Positions 1 through 9,658 of a DNA stretch of 64,000 bases are shown here, in pieces. The first letter of the stretch is position 1. Each line of letters starts with the position of its first letter. Under the pieces are notes generated by a model that worked only from the letters and a program-made list of their open reading frames with translations, did not search any database and was not told the origin of the DNA. The position numbers and the translations under genes were made by a program. The DNA comes from Spirochaetia bacterium (lineage in GTDB: Bacteria > Spirochaetota > Spirochaetia > DSM-16054 > Sediminispirochaetaceae): assembly GCA_034520965.1 (NCBI GenBank), contig JAXHMY010000003.1, forward strand, positions 649,233 to 713,232. Reading direction: 5' to 3'.

Positions 1-1008
1 GGTATCTAAGCCAAGGCTGAACAGCCTTGAAAAGAATATCGCCACCCCCTTGGGCGAGGTAAACACAATCCAGCGATACCCCGATATCTGCCGCAAAGCA
101 GCGTCTATGTCCGAGAAATTCTCCACCGGCGATATTTTTATACTTGGAAGTTCGATCACCTCTGCTCCCAGCGCCCTTAGGGGTACAGAAAGGCTCTTGG
201 CATCATCCGAACTCCGAGTCACGAGAATACGGCTGCCGAAAAGGGGAAGCTCTTCGAACCAACGAATCTTCTCGCGCAGCTCTACTACCCGTCCTATCAC
301 GGCAATTGCAGGTGGAGATATACTTTCAGCCTGCGCCCGGGCGGCAAGGGTCTCTAAACTGGCGCTCACCACCCTCTGCCCCGGTGTGGTTCCCCAGGAG
401 ATAATCGCTGCAGGAGTATCCGCCGCTCTGCCGTGCATCAGTAAGGCTTCCACAATGGAGGGAAGGTTTTTTACCCCCATATATACAACCAGGGTGTGAT
501 CGCTTTGGGCCAGGTTCTTCCAATTCTGTTCCTGCTCTTCCGATCCCTTAACTGCTCCATGCCCCGTTACAAAGGTCACCCCGTTCGAAAGCCCCCGATG
601 GGTGACAGGAATACCCGCATATGCAGCAGCGGCGCTTCCCGCCGTTACCCCCGGCACTACCTCAAAAGAAATACCCTCCTGGGCCAGATACAGCGCCTCT
701 TCGCCACCCCGTCCAAAGATGAAGGGGTCTCCCCCCTTCAGACGCACCACCGTCTCTCCTCTGCGGGCATGCTCTACCAGCAGGCGGTTAATCTCCTCCT
801 GTCCAAGGGTGTGGCTGCCGGCCCGCTTGCCCACGTATATTTTCTCGCATTCAGGGCGGCACATATCAAGGAAATTGTTGTTTGCAAGGTAGTCATAAAC
901 TACGACCTCCGCCTGCTCCAGGCGCTCACCCCCCCGTACGGTAATAAGCCCCTCATCGCCGGGACCGGCACCTACCAGAGACACAAAGCCCTTCTCACTA
1001 CTGTCCAT
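1..1008 (-). CDS. cobA: Uroporphyrinogen-III C-methyltransferase / uroporphyrinogen-III synthase fusion (CobA-HemD), runs off the left edge
   Basis: Manual translation from ATG 1008: MDSSEKGFVSLVGAGPGDEGLIT...VVRLKGGDPFIFGRGGEEA...VPGVTA. The left edge reads PLFGSRILVTR...WIVFTSPKGV (HemD). Missing from the ORF track, presumably because it has no stop within the window. Confidence 0.9.
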   Translation of the reverse strand, partial: MDSSEKGFVSLVGAGPGDEGLITVRGGERLEQAEVVVYDYLANNNFLDMCRPECEKIYVGKRAGSHTLGQEEINRLLVEHARRGETVVRLKGGDPFIFGRGGEEALYLAQEGISFEVVPGVTAGSAAAAYAGIPVTHRGLSNGVTFVTGHGAVKGSEEQEQNWKNLAQSDHTLVVYMGVKNLPSIVEALLMHGRAADTPAAIISWGTTPGQRVVSASLETLAARAQAESISPPAIAVIGRVVELREKIRWFEELPLFGSRILVTRSSDDAKSLSVPLRALGAEVIELPSIKISPVENFSDIDAALRQISGYRWIVFTSPKGVAIFFSRLFSLGLDT

Positions 1009-1933
1009 TTTCGACTGCCTCCAATATCTCCCGTCCGCCTTGATTCAGTATAGCCTCGGCGCATAGGCGCCCCGCCTCTCTCTCCTCTCCTTGGCTTCGA
1101 ACCACCCTATGTTCTATACTGCGTTTTCCCTCAAGGTCTGCTACAAAGCCGGTAATCCGGTACTCACCCGTGTCGGTAGTATCGGAGAGGCAGCCCACCG
1201 GAGTATGACAGCCCCCTTGAAGCACATGCAGAAACTCCCGCTCACCAACACTCTGTGCAAGGGTCCGAAGGTCGCCTACTGCTCCCGCAAGCTCCATCAG
1301 CTCCTCGTTATCGCAGCGCAGCTCCATGGCGATAATACCCTGGCATCCGGAGGGAACGAAATCCTTGATCGGCAGATACTGGGTAATCCGCTCCTCCAAG
1401 TCTAAACGCAACAAGCCCGCCGCCGCAAGAATCAGTGCCTCGCACTCACCCAAATCGAGTTTTCGCAGTCGGGTTTCGACACTTCCCCGCATTGGAACAA
1501 TGTGAAGATCCGGACGGTAGCGCCTCATTTGTGCCGCCCGGCGCAGACTCGAGGTACCAATCCTCGCCCGGCTCCAAGGCTTCGAGCCGTTTGCCGGAGC
1601 TGCTTATGCACACATCGCGCGGATCGGCGCGTGGAACTACCCGGCAATACACAGCCCGGGCGGCAGGGCTGAGGGCAGGTCCTTCAAGCTGTGTACCGCC
1701 ATATCAATTTCTTTTTGCAAAAGCGCCTTTTCGATCTCCCGCACAAACACATTTGACCCGCCAATCCGGGCAATCGGAGAGGTTTGATTTTTATCGCCAC
1801 CGGTACGTATGGTGACCAGCTCAATACCTAAATCGGGGTGGCCGCTGCGAAGCAGGGCTTCCGCCTCGGATGTTTGAGCAAGGGCAAGGGCACTGCCCCG
1901 CGTACCTATTCGAATCGAATTACGAGTTTTCAT
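998..1933 (-). CDS. hemC: Hydroxymethylbilane synthase, split by frameshifts
   Basis: IRIGTRGSALALAQT and DMAVHSLKDLP in 1637..1933; RGSVETRLRKLD...ILAAAGLLRL...LQGGCHTP in 998..1528. Confidence 0.9.
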
Positions 1934-3219
1934 CCGCCCCCATCCAGCTCATCTTTATTTTTCTCTTGCTCTTCCAGTTGAAAGAGAGTGTGCAGCATCT
2001 CGATATATCCCAGATTCCGTCCCCCCTCAGTGAGCTTCCGCAAGTTCCGTATTATCAGACCGAGCCAACGGCCTTCAAGGTAGCTGGTAAACTCTTCAAG
2101 CCTTTGATACTCTTCAGCAGGAATCTTTTTCTTTAAGGACGCGAGCTGTTCCTCGTACAGGGACTGGGTTTTTTGTTTGAGCTTATGAATGGTCGGGGAC
2201 AACTGCAGCGAAGAGAGCCATGCGAGAAACTCGTCTCTCTGGGAGTTTAAGATCAGCTGGGCTTTCTCCACCTCCGCCGATCTACGGGCTTTGGTTCGTT
2301 CGGTGAGCGCCTGTAGATCATCCACATTGTATAGATGCACCAGAGCCGGGCACTCCGGCGGTACTTCTACATTGCGGGGGACTGAAAGATCCATAATAAG
2401 CAGGGGGCTCTGGAGCCTAGACGAGAGCCGTAGAATGTGCTCGGAGCGGATAACCGGCTGTGTAGCGGCGGTGGAGACAAGTACTAAGTCGTATTCATGC
2501 AAACTCTCCATCACCGCCCCGTACTCACGGAACTTTGCACCGTATTGAGCGGCTGCCTCAGCGCTTCGCTCCGGATTTCTTCCGGTTACATACAGCTCGC
2601 CGCAGCCTCTGTCGGAGAGACTCTGCAGAACAAGCGTTCCGGCCTCTCCGGTTCCGACCAGTAAGGCAGATTTGTCATGCAGACTTTCCAAAGACTCTAC
2701 TGCCAGCTCCACAGCAGTGGAACTCACCGAAGAGGAGCCTTTGTTCAACTGGGTCTCCGTTCGCACACGCTTCCCGCTTTCGAAGGCCTTGTGAAATAGA
2801 CGATCCAAAATTCTTCCCGTCATGCCTCTCGTGGCACTCAAGCGATAGGCTTGCTTTAGTTGTCCAAGCACCTGATTCTCTCCAAGAACCATAGAATCAA
2901 GCCCTGCAGCTACTCCCAACACATGCCGTACCGCATGACTGTTACGATAATGATAGAAACAGTCCATCTCCTCTTCTTCTGCATTTTTCCAGTTCCGGAG
3001 CTGTTCCAGTATATCCCTTCGAAACTCATCTGCATTTTCAGGACCGGCAACGAGGTAAAGTTCACTTCTGTTACAAGTCGAGAGAAACACCGCCTCGTCT
3101 ATCGTCGAGAGGCTAAGCAGATCCTTGAGCAGGCTAACTATCTCCTCGTCCGAGGAGGAGAACTTCTCGCGAATTGCTACCGGGGCCGTTGTATGGTTAA
3201 TTCCAACTACACAAATCAC
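1930..3219 (-). CDS. hemA: Glutamyl-tRNA reductase
   Basis: GINHTTAPVAIRE, LSTCNRSELY, GLDSMVLGENQVLGQ, DLSVPRNVE motifs. Confidence 0.95.
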   Translation of the reverse strand: MICVVGINHTTAPVAIREKFSSSDEEIVSLLKDLLSLSTIDEAVFLSTCNRSELYLVAGPENADEFRRDILEQLRNWKNAEEEEMDCFYHYRNSHAVRHVLGVAAGLDSMVLGENQVLGQLKQAYRLSATRGMTGRILDRLFHKAFESGKRVRTETQLNKGSSSVSSTAVELAVESLESLHDKSALLVGTGEAGTLVLQSLSDRGCGELYVTGRNPERSAEAAAQYGAKFREYGAVMESLHEYDLVLVSTAATQPVIRSEHILRLSSRLQSPLLIMDLSVPRNVEVPPECPALVHLYNVDDLQALTERTKARRSAEVEKAQLILNSQRDEFLAWLSSLQLSPTIHKLKQKTQSLYEEQLASLKKKIPAEEYQRLEEFTSYLEGRWLGLIIRNLRKLTEGGRNLGYIEMLHTLFQLEEQEKNKDELDGGG

Positions 3220-3812
3220 AGTCTTTCTATCTTCTCAAAAATATCTTTGGTTTTTCCGCTTAAGCTTTGTTCGATTTTGTCTCTCCTTTCAAGCCACGAT
3301 AATCTAGTATCATCACATATTTGTCGTCGTTCATCGCGCAGTTCCTCAAGCTCCTGAGCGAGCTCCGGATAGAGTTTACGCTGAAAGTACTCTTTTAGTT
3401 TCTTTGTAAGCAAAGGTATTCCGCCGGTGGAAAAAGCCACAGCGAGGGGGCCCCTTCTTATTACCGAGGGAACAATAAATCCTCCCCTCTCCAGCTCTCC
3501 GTCTATCCTGTTTACCAAGATACCTCTCCTCCGTGCCTCTTGAACCACCATCTCGTTGGTACCCTTATTGTCCGTTGCTGCAAAGGCAAGCACATAGCCT
3601 TCAAGATCTCCGTAGCCATAGGCCCTTAGCTGAAGGGTAATACGCCGTTCTTGTACTAAACTCTGTAATTCTTCGCTTATCGACAGGGCGATTACATACA
3701 CATCGGCGGCGCTTTCGATAAGTTTTTCAACTTTACGAGTAGCTACCTTTCCGCCCCCGATAACCACTACCGGCATATCTTCGATATCCGCAAAAAAGGG
3801 GTATACACTCAT
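3216..3812 (-). CDS. Precorrin-2 dehydrogenase / sirohydrochlorin ferrochelatase (SirC/Met8, CysG-B type)
   Basis: YPFFADI...VVVIGGGKVATRKV, FAATD, FIVPSVIRRGPLAVAFSTGG; operonic with hemA. Confidence 0.85.
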   Translation of the reverse strand: MSVYPFFADIEDMPVVVIGGGKVATRKVEKLIESAADVYVIALSISEELQSLVQERRITLQLRAYGYGDLEGYVLAFAATDNKGTNEMVVQEARRRGILVNRIDGELERGGFIVPSVIRRGPLAVAFSTGGIPLLTKKLKEYFQRKLYPELAQELEELRDERRQICDDTRLSWLERRDKIEQSLSGKTKDIFEKIERL

Positions 3813-3919
3813 ATAGGCCCTATTGTAGGGGGGCAAAATCAAAAAGTAAACAAAATCACACTAGAAACAGCTGTTCTCATATTAGCTCTATACTAATCGG
3901 ATTGCTCCGACAGAAATGA

Positions 3920-4192
3920 ATTTATTACCTAAACTTAGCAATTCCAGATAGTAGAAAAAAAATACCTCTATGTGGTGTAATGGTTTAGCCACAAACACAA
4001 AAACACCCAGGAGGTGAATAAATGGTGCGCCAAAACAGCCGATCCGTCAAGAGCAAAACCGATTGAGCCTTTTGCACTGGCCGGTTTTTTGAGCGTTTCA
4101 GTTCTTATATAGGTATATGGCTATTTTCTATAGTCTTGAATCACTACGTTTCCTTCCATTTCGGAGGTAAAATTTAGCAAAAAGCAGAGCTG
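3920..4192. mobile_element. Possible internally deleted IS relic
   Basis: An IS-leader-like stretch (cctctatgtggtgtaatggtttagccacaaacacaaaaacacccaggaggt) precedes a very short ORF and abuts the truncated flagellin fragment; terminal inverted repeats are only weak. Confidence 0.25.
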
Positions 4193-4209
4193 AGCGGCTC
4201 TACAAGTAG

Positions 4210-4630
4210 GTGTATTTGCCCTCAGACCGGCAGATACTGCAAGGCGAAGTGGAACAGCTGCTGCGGAAGATCGAGATGAATGCAAAAACTTCCACCTTCA
4301 ACAAGAAGACGGTCATTCCCGAACTGACCATCAAAGCTCTGGGTTTGAACAACTTCTCCGTCAGTGGAAGCACCCGCCGCAGAACTCGGCCTTTTAGAAG
4401 CGGTGCAGTCAAAACTCTCCGGGCCGCGTACCAAGCTCGGTGTGCGCTCGCACACGCTGGAGCTCACAATCAAAGGCAAACAGGACTGCCTACTGAACCT
4501 GCAGGATGCGCAGAGCTCAATTCGGGACCTCGATATGGCAAAAGAGCTTGCCGAGCTTTCCAGGAACATGGTTCTGTATAAGAGCGCCACCGGGATAATC
4601 CTGCGGAAGAAGAACACATCCATCTATTGA
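4210..4630 (+). pseudogene. Flagellin-like fragment, 5'-truncated and frameshifted
   Basis: DRQILQGEVEQLLRKIEMNAKTSTFN (flagellin N-helix end), then in another frame RTKLGVRSHTLE...NLQDAQSSIRDLDMAKELAELSRNMVL (flagellin C-terminal helix). Confidence 0.7.
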
Positions 4631-4764
4631 GCTTCCATCCATTGAGGGAGCGTGCTCCGCGAGGAGGTCGATGTCGTTGCCGCGTATTCATATCATGCCC
4701 TACGGGCAGGCTCTCTTGCCACCCTGCACGCAGGGGATGCCACTGTGGAGCTGCCTAGGTGTAC

Positions 4765-5547
4765 TCAAGTATAACTGTGCAATCCAGGCAGTAGGTAATT
4801 CACCCCTAGAAAGGTAAAAAGGGCAATCAAAAAGCCCAGGATCACGATGATCGGCCCAGCCGTGCTCGTGTTGCGGCACACCAGACGCAGATGGAGGTAA
4901 AGGGTAAAAACAAGCCAGGTGATGAGTGCCCAGGTTTCTTTGGGGTCCCAGCTCCAGTAGCGCCCCCAGGCCTGCTCCGCCCAGATAGCCCCGAAGATGA
5001 GCGCCCCGAGGGTGTAGAGCGGATAGCCGATGCCGACGCTGGTGTAGATGATCCGGTCCAGCCCGCGCCGCCGCTCTTCTGATTTCGTAAGGACGAAGAT
5101 GAGCGAAGCGACGAAGGCCGCTGCAAAGAAGACCTCCCCGAGGAAGGCGAAGGCCACGTGCAGCACTAGCCAGGAGGACTGGAGCGCCGGGACGGGGGGC
5201 TTGAGATCTGCCGGGGCGATAGGCGAGGAGGCAACCGCGAGCAATGCGATGGTCAGGACGGTCAGGCCGAAGAAGAGGAGGCGGTAGAACGGTAAGCGCC
5301 GCTGGAGGTGGTATGCGAAACCTGCGGCGGCGAGAAAGGCAGCGAAAAACAGCAGCGACTCAAAGATCCCCGTCACCGCCACGAAATCGATCGCCACGCT
5401 GCGGCGAATCAGCTCGCCAAGCAGCAGGAGTGCCGCGGCAGCCACCGGCCAGTGGGAAACGGCATCGGCGCGCTGTCTTCGCAGCAAAAGTATGAATATT
5501 TGTCCTCCGGCGGAGATCAACAGCAGTATGAATGCAGCGGTAGCCAT
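4765..5547 (-). CDS. ccsA: Cytochrome c biogenesis protein CcsA/ResC (System II)
   Basis: WWD domain WAEQAWGRYWSWDPKETWALITW, LQSSWLVLHV, C-terminal GLHSY. Confidence 0.95.
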   Translation of the reverse strand: MATAAFILLLISAGGQIFILLLRRQRADAVSHWPVAAAALLLLGELIRRSVAIDFVAVTGIFESLLFFAAFLAAAGFAYHLQRRLPFYRLLFFGLTVLTIALLAVASSPIAPADLKPPVPALQSSWLVLHVAFAFLGEVFFAAAFVASLIFVLTKSEERRRGLDRIIYTSVGIGYPLYTLGALIFGAIWAEQAWGRYWSWDPKETWALITWLVFTLYLHLRLVCRNTSTAGPIIVILGFLIALFTFLGVNYLLPGLHSYT

Positions 5548-6500
5548 CAGTTTTCCTCCCGTATTCGCACGATTTTACCCACATAGGTGACGGCAAGTCC
5601 CAGGCTGGCCAGAATAAAGCCAACCAGTACCACCGTGTAGCCTGGATCACGCACCGCCTGCAGTCCGCTGATGTGAACGGTGCGAATCGAACGCAGCTTT
5701 AACCCTAGTAGCGACTCACCGACCGCGAGCCTGCGGGCCGTACGCTTCATTCCCTCCCGGATCATAAATATTCCCTCCTCCGGATCGGAGCCGGCTCCCT
5801 CCGGGACTGCGGCAAATTGGACCGTCGCCCCGTCTATCTCCGTGGGGTGGCCAACGATGAGCCGCAGCTCCCGAAACTCCCCGTCGCTGAAGCGGGCCAC
5901 CGGTCGCATCGCGTGACGCACCTGATAGAGAGTGTAAGAGCCCAGCCGCAGGGGAGCGTTGACCTCGATCTCTACCCTCTCATGCAGGAGCTCGCCGCCA
6001 CGATGGACACTGACAGTGGAAATCCAATCTTTCGGAGCACCGTCTTCATAACGTTGATACTCGAAATCGCTCAGCTCTATTCGGTACTCCCCGCCGATGA
6101 GATGCTCCTCCCCGGAGGTGAGCAGAAAGTCTTGCTCCTCCCGTCCTACGGAGGTAAGTACACCGCCTGCAGCGAGAACCAGAATCCCAATGTGAAGCAG
6201 ATCAGGTCCGACAGAACGTTTTGCCCGCCGGAGCTTTTGTTGAGCCGTGAAGCGCCGCACCGTACAGGCCCCGAGATTGATCAGAAAGAGTCCTGCGGCA
6301 GCAAAAAAGAGGGGCGAGCTAAAGGCGTGGTCGAGACCCAGCAGCAGTACCGCCCCGGCAACCGGCGCCGGAAGCAGCCGGGAGTACATCTCTGCAGAGC
6401 CGCCCTGCGGCAACACTCCACCGGCCACAGAGAGAAGGGTGATCAGGATAAGTAGAACGATCGCCAGTCGCAGCGAAAACAGCAGCCGCAATAGTTTCAT
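5547..6500 (-). CDS. resB: Cytochrome c biogenesis protein ResB/CcsB (short form)
   Basis: SLRLAIVLL...GGVLPQ, NLGACT, LLHIGIL, IEVNAPL, RDPGY; overlaps the ccsA start. Confidence 0.85.
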   Translation of the reverse strand: MKLLRLLFSLRLAIVLLILITLLSVAGGVLPQGGSAEMYSRLLPAPVAGAVLLLGLDHAFSSPLFFAAAGLFLINLGACTVRRFTAQQKLRRAKRSVGPDLLHIGILVLAAGGVLTSVGREEQDFLLTSGEEHLIGGEYRIELSDFEYQRYEDGAPKDWISTVSVHRGGELLHERVEIEVNAPLRLGSYTLYQVRHAMRPVARFSDGEFRELRLIVGHPTEIDGATVQFAAVPEGAGSDPEEGIFMIREGMKRTARRLAVGESLLGLKLRSIRTVHISGLQAVRDPGYTVVLVGFILASLGLAVTYVGKIVRIREEN

Positions 6501-6583
6501 GCTTCTACTCCAAAGCAGAGCTCGTTAGCTCAAAGAAAAGCGCGGGAGCCCTCGAGTTCCCGGACTCTCGCAGGCGGAATGCG

Positions 6584-7429
6584 TCAGTCGTGCTTTTCGT
6601 GGCACTCCAGACACTCCTGCTTAGCGCCCTTGATGTGTCCCGAATGACAGTAGAGACAGCCTTCGGTCGTATTGGACACCGCATAAACAGGGGTGAAGGT
6701 ACCCTTGTAAAAGGCATTCATCAGTTCCACCGCCCGGGCTGCGGTGTCGCCGGTGAGTCTGCCGCAGCGCTCGGAGCGCTCTGCACTGTCTATTTTCATG
6801 TCCGCCTCCTTGGCCCAGACAGAGGCGGAGACGTGACAGAGGGGCGAGTTGGCCACGCTCTGCGGCAGGCGTTTGTCGCTCTTCAAGTCGCTCACCAGGT
6901 ACTCGCCTTGTACGGCGTAGCGGTTAGCCTTGTCCGTCGGCAGTGCCGTGGTGCTGTACCAGCCGAAAAGCTCGCTGATGATCGTGTCTGCATGCTTACT
7001 TGCGAAGGCCATGTTGATAACGGCGGCAGCGCCATTAAGAGCGCCGCAGACCGTGCCCCAGCCAGCAATACCGCCATGACCGTATCTCAACAGCTGAGAC
7101 GGTATGTTACGGTACGGTCCGCCTACCTTATCCTGTAGCTCGTGCAGCAAGGCGGTAAAGGCGCCATAGGCGCAGGCTTCCTCGTAGTAGTTCTGATGGC
7201 CGAGTTTACGCACCCGCTCCGGATCCAAGGGGGCATAGCCCCACGGCAGCTTGTCTGCCGTGCTGCTGCGCCCCTGCGCGGCAAACAGCTTCCCCCCACC
7301 GAGCGAGAGGGCTCCAGCCGCTATCCCGAGGCCTATACCGGTCTTGGTGAGAAAAGCCCTCCGTGTAACCTTCTTATTCCGAGGGCTCTCCTCCTGATAC
7401 TCCGTTCTTTCGGTATTAGGAATACTCAT
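6584..7429 (-). CDS. Tat-exported C-GCAxxG-C-C family redox protein with two C-terminal CxxCH motifs (split-Soret cytochrome c-like)
   Basis: AGGAGG RBS before ATG 7429; TRRAFL twin-arginine motif; CAYG, CGALNG, CHVS, ERC; CLYCH and CLECH. Confidence 0.85.
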   Translation of the reverse strand: MSIPNTERTEYQEESPRNKKVTRRAFLTKTGIGLGIAAGALSLGGGKLFAAQGRSSTADKLPWGYAPLDPERVRKLGHQNYYEEACAYGAFTALLHELQDKVGGPYRNIPSQLLRYGHGGIAGWGTVCGALNGAAAVINMAFASKHADTIISELFGWYSTTALPTDKANRYAVQGEYLVSDLKSDKRLPQSVANSPLCHVSASVWAKEADMKIDSAERSERCGRLTGDTAARAVELMNAFYKGTFTPVYAVSNTTEGCLYCHSGHIKGAKQECLECHEKHD

Positions 7430-7494
7430 TATAACCTCCTTATCGTACTCGAGTTCATTATAAAACAGAGTTATACACAGCACAACAAAAAACC

Positions 7495-7723
7495 TTACAG
7501 TACAGAAATTCCCCATCAGAGCACCACAGATGATGTGCAGCAGCGAGAAAAATGGCCGCTGTTCTTTGAAGTGAAATCGTTTCATCTTCACTAAACCGGA
7601 GAGTTTTTTGAAGACGTTTTTTTCGATCGACCAGCGCACGTGAGCCTCTTCTCGCAGTTCCGCCGCCGAGAGGGAGAAGCTGGTGGTGACGATCCACAAA
7701 GTCTCTATAGAAAGGGTTGACAA
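7495..7723 (-). mobile_element. DDE transposase C-terminal remnant
   Basis: LWIVTT...AHVRWSIEKNVFKKLS...KRFHF resembles the R-W-x-I-E-N-x-x-F helix carrying the catalytic Glu of IS4-superfamily/ISNCY transposases. Confidence 0.55.
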
Positions 7724-7783
7724 AAGGTCGCATCATATCAGAATTGCTGCGTACATATATTACCCATAATAATAACTATTTTA

Positions 7784-7846
7784 TGTGAAAACCCATCACA
7801 TGTGGGGAGCAAGTAGATTGACATACATATGCTGCTCCCCTATGCT
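7784..7846 (+). promoter_or_regulatory. Sigma70 promoter of tatCBA with an upstream TGTGA-N7-TCACA box
   Basis: TTGACA 7818-7823, 17 bp spacer, TATGCT 7841-7846; TGTGA(7784)-aaaccca-TCACA(7800); a GGGGAGCA/TGCTCCCC inverted repeat brackets the -35. Confidence 0.65.
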
Positions 7847-7896
7847 GGGTCTATACGCTACCGGCGCCGAGAGCCCGGAAATCGAGTTGAGTCGCA

Positions 7897-8646
7897 ATGA
7901 ATGCATTCGTGGATGATCAGACCTTTCTCGAGCACCTCGTCGAACTGCGCCGCAGGGTCATCTCTTCCCTCATTGCAGTGCTTATCACAGCAGTGTTCTG
8001 CTTTGTCTTCTACGACGCCATCTTCCGTTTCTTCTTCGCCCCCTTTGAGGTGCTGAACGGACCCGAGTTCACCGGCAACACCCTCTTCATCAATTCCCTC
8101 TTCGAGGGCTTTCTTACCAAGCTAAAAATCTCTCTTCTAACAGGTCTTATACTCTCCCTTCCGGTCCACCTTTACAACACCATCAAGTTCGTCTTTCCCG
8201 GGCTCCGGTCCAAGGAGCGGAAAATCGTGAAGATCACCCTGGCCGCCAGCTTTTTTCTCATTGCCGGAAGCCTCTACTACGGCTACAACAAGATCATTCC
8301 GCTTTCCATCCGCTTTCTCACCAGCAGTGGCTTCATTCCCGCAGAGGTCGGGCTTCTACTCAACTACGGGCAGAACATCTTCTATATCCTGCAGTTTCTC
8401 CTTATTGCGCTGGTGATATTCCAGCTGCCGCTGGTGATAGAGCTGACCATGGTGCTCAACCTGGTGCGCCGGCGCACCATGCTCAAGATCAGCAAGTTTT
8501 TCATTTTCGGCGTTTTCATACTCTCGGCAATCCTTACGCCCCCGGATGTGATTTCCCAGGTGAGCATCGCCCTCCCATTGATTGGTCTCTACTATCTCAC
8601 TATTCTGATAGCCATAGTATTCCGCTTCGGAGAAGAAGGTGTTTAA
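7897..8646 (+). CDS. tatC: Twin-arginine translocase TatC
   Basis: TFLEHLVELRRR, FVFPGL, FQLP, AILTPPDVISQ. Confidence 0.95.
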   Translation: MNAFVDDQTFLEHLVELRRRVISSLIAVLITAVFCFVFYDAIFRFFFAPFEVLNGPEFTGNTLFINSLFEGFLTKLKISLLTGLILSLPVHLYNTIKFVFPGLRSKERKIVKITLAASFFLIAGSLYYGYNKIIPLSIRFLTSSGFIPAEVGLLLNYGQNIFYILQFLLIALVIFQLPLVIELTMVLNLVRRRTMLKISKFFIFGVFILSAILTPPDVISQVSIALPLIGLYYLTILIAIVFRFGEEGV

Positions 8647-9007
8647 GATAGGCTTTGGAGAGATTCTTCTGCTCGGACTGATCGCACTGATATTCATCAA
8701 CCCCAGGGAGCTTCCGAAGCTGTTTCACAAGGCAGGGCAGCTCTCTGCGCGCCTACGGCGGCTCAAACGAGAGTTCGACGAAACGATGAGCCGCTTCGAA
8801 GAAGAGGTCAAACACTCGGAAGATACGTACAGGCGGGAGGGGAGCGGCTCCACAGAAAAGCCCGATTCCCCCGGCGACGAGACTTCTGCCGCGGATGATT
8901 CGCAGGAAGATGGAAAAATCGCGAAGCACGAAAGCCGTACCCATAATGAGGCTTCTACCGACGGGCTGCCGCCGGAAGAGTATAGGAATCGAACAAAGGA
9001 GGAGTGA
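8639..9007 (+). CDS. tatB: Twin-arginine translocase TatB
   Basis: IGFGEILLLGLIALIFINPRELPK followed by an amphipathic helix and a charged tail. Confidence 0.8.
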   Translation: MFKIGFGEILLLGLIALIFINPRELPKLFHKAGQLSARLRRLKREFDETMSRFEEEVKHSEDTYRREGSGSTEKPDSPGDETSAADDSQEDGKIAKHESRTHNEASTDGLPPEEYRNRTKEE

Positions 9008-9011
9008 GTTT

Positions 9012-9236
9012 ATGCTTGGATCCACAGAAATTATCGTACTGGTAGGGGTGGGGCTGGTCCTCTTCGGCGCCTCGGCAATTCCCAAGTTCGCCCGCTCCCT
9101 CGGCCAGGCGAAGCACGAGTTCGAGAAGGGGCAGAAGGAAGAAGAGGAGAAGAAGCAGGCTGAGAAGGAGAGCCAGGAAGACGGAGCCGACCCCGGGAAA
9201 ACGGATTCGGATACCAAGGGCAAAAAGCGCGAGTAG
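9012..9236 (+). CDS. tatA: Twin-arginine translocase TatA
   Basis: MLGSTEIIVLVGVGLVLFGASAIPKFARSLGQAKHEFEKG; GGAG RBS upstream. Confidence 0.9.
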   Translation: MLGSTEIIVLVGVGLVLFGASAIPKFARSLGQAKHEFEKGQKEEEEKKQAEKESQEDGADPGKTDSDTKGKKRE

Positions 9237-9611
9237 CACAGAGAGGAGCTAGGCGGACCGCTCCATTTTCTTTCCTCCCGGACTTATCCCGCAGGGTATA
9301 GCAGCTTCACCAGTCAGACCCAGGCCCGCTCCTCCTCGCGGTTGTAGTGCACGGAGTTCATTGAAGCATCGGTACCATTTGGCAGTAATACTCTATAAGG
9401 GTATACAAAATACTTCCGCACTAAGAAAGCCGCGAAGCCTTGGTTAGAAGAGAATTTAGTAGAAAAGGTAAGTGTCTTTAAAACCGATACAGACTCAACC
9501 GAATTAACCAAAGATCTTCTTTCAATTGATCAGTCGCCTACCGATCAGTCAAAGGCAGTCTACGATGACTCACCGGATAACTCCAGATAAAAGAATAAAA
9601 GGTCATAACAT

Positions 9612-9640
9612 TTGACAAGTAAAAAGGGAAAGAATAGAAT
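9612..9640 (+). promoter_or_regulatory. Sigma70 promoter
   Basis: TTGACA-N17-TAGAAT upstream of AGGAG and ATG 9659. Confidence 0.7.
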
Positions 9641-9658
9641 CAGCCTTAGGAGTTAAAG

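Noticed and set aside
496..1053. Long + strand ORFs here and at 5817, 13552, 31830, 36642, 52478, 60269 and 62252, and - strand ORFs over the Bdr-like genes
   Set aside because: These are antisense shadows of well-supported genes and carry no motifs of their own.
6584..7723. 379 aa ORF as a single protein
   Set aside because: A strong RBS and Tat leader at 7429 define the real start; the extension is a transposase remnant.
9240..9600. Possible gene remnant after tatA (65 aa - strand ORF, or an interrupted + strand frame)
   Set aside because: No recognisable motif, RBS or consistent frame; cannot be assigned.
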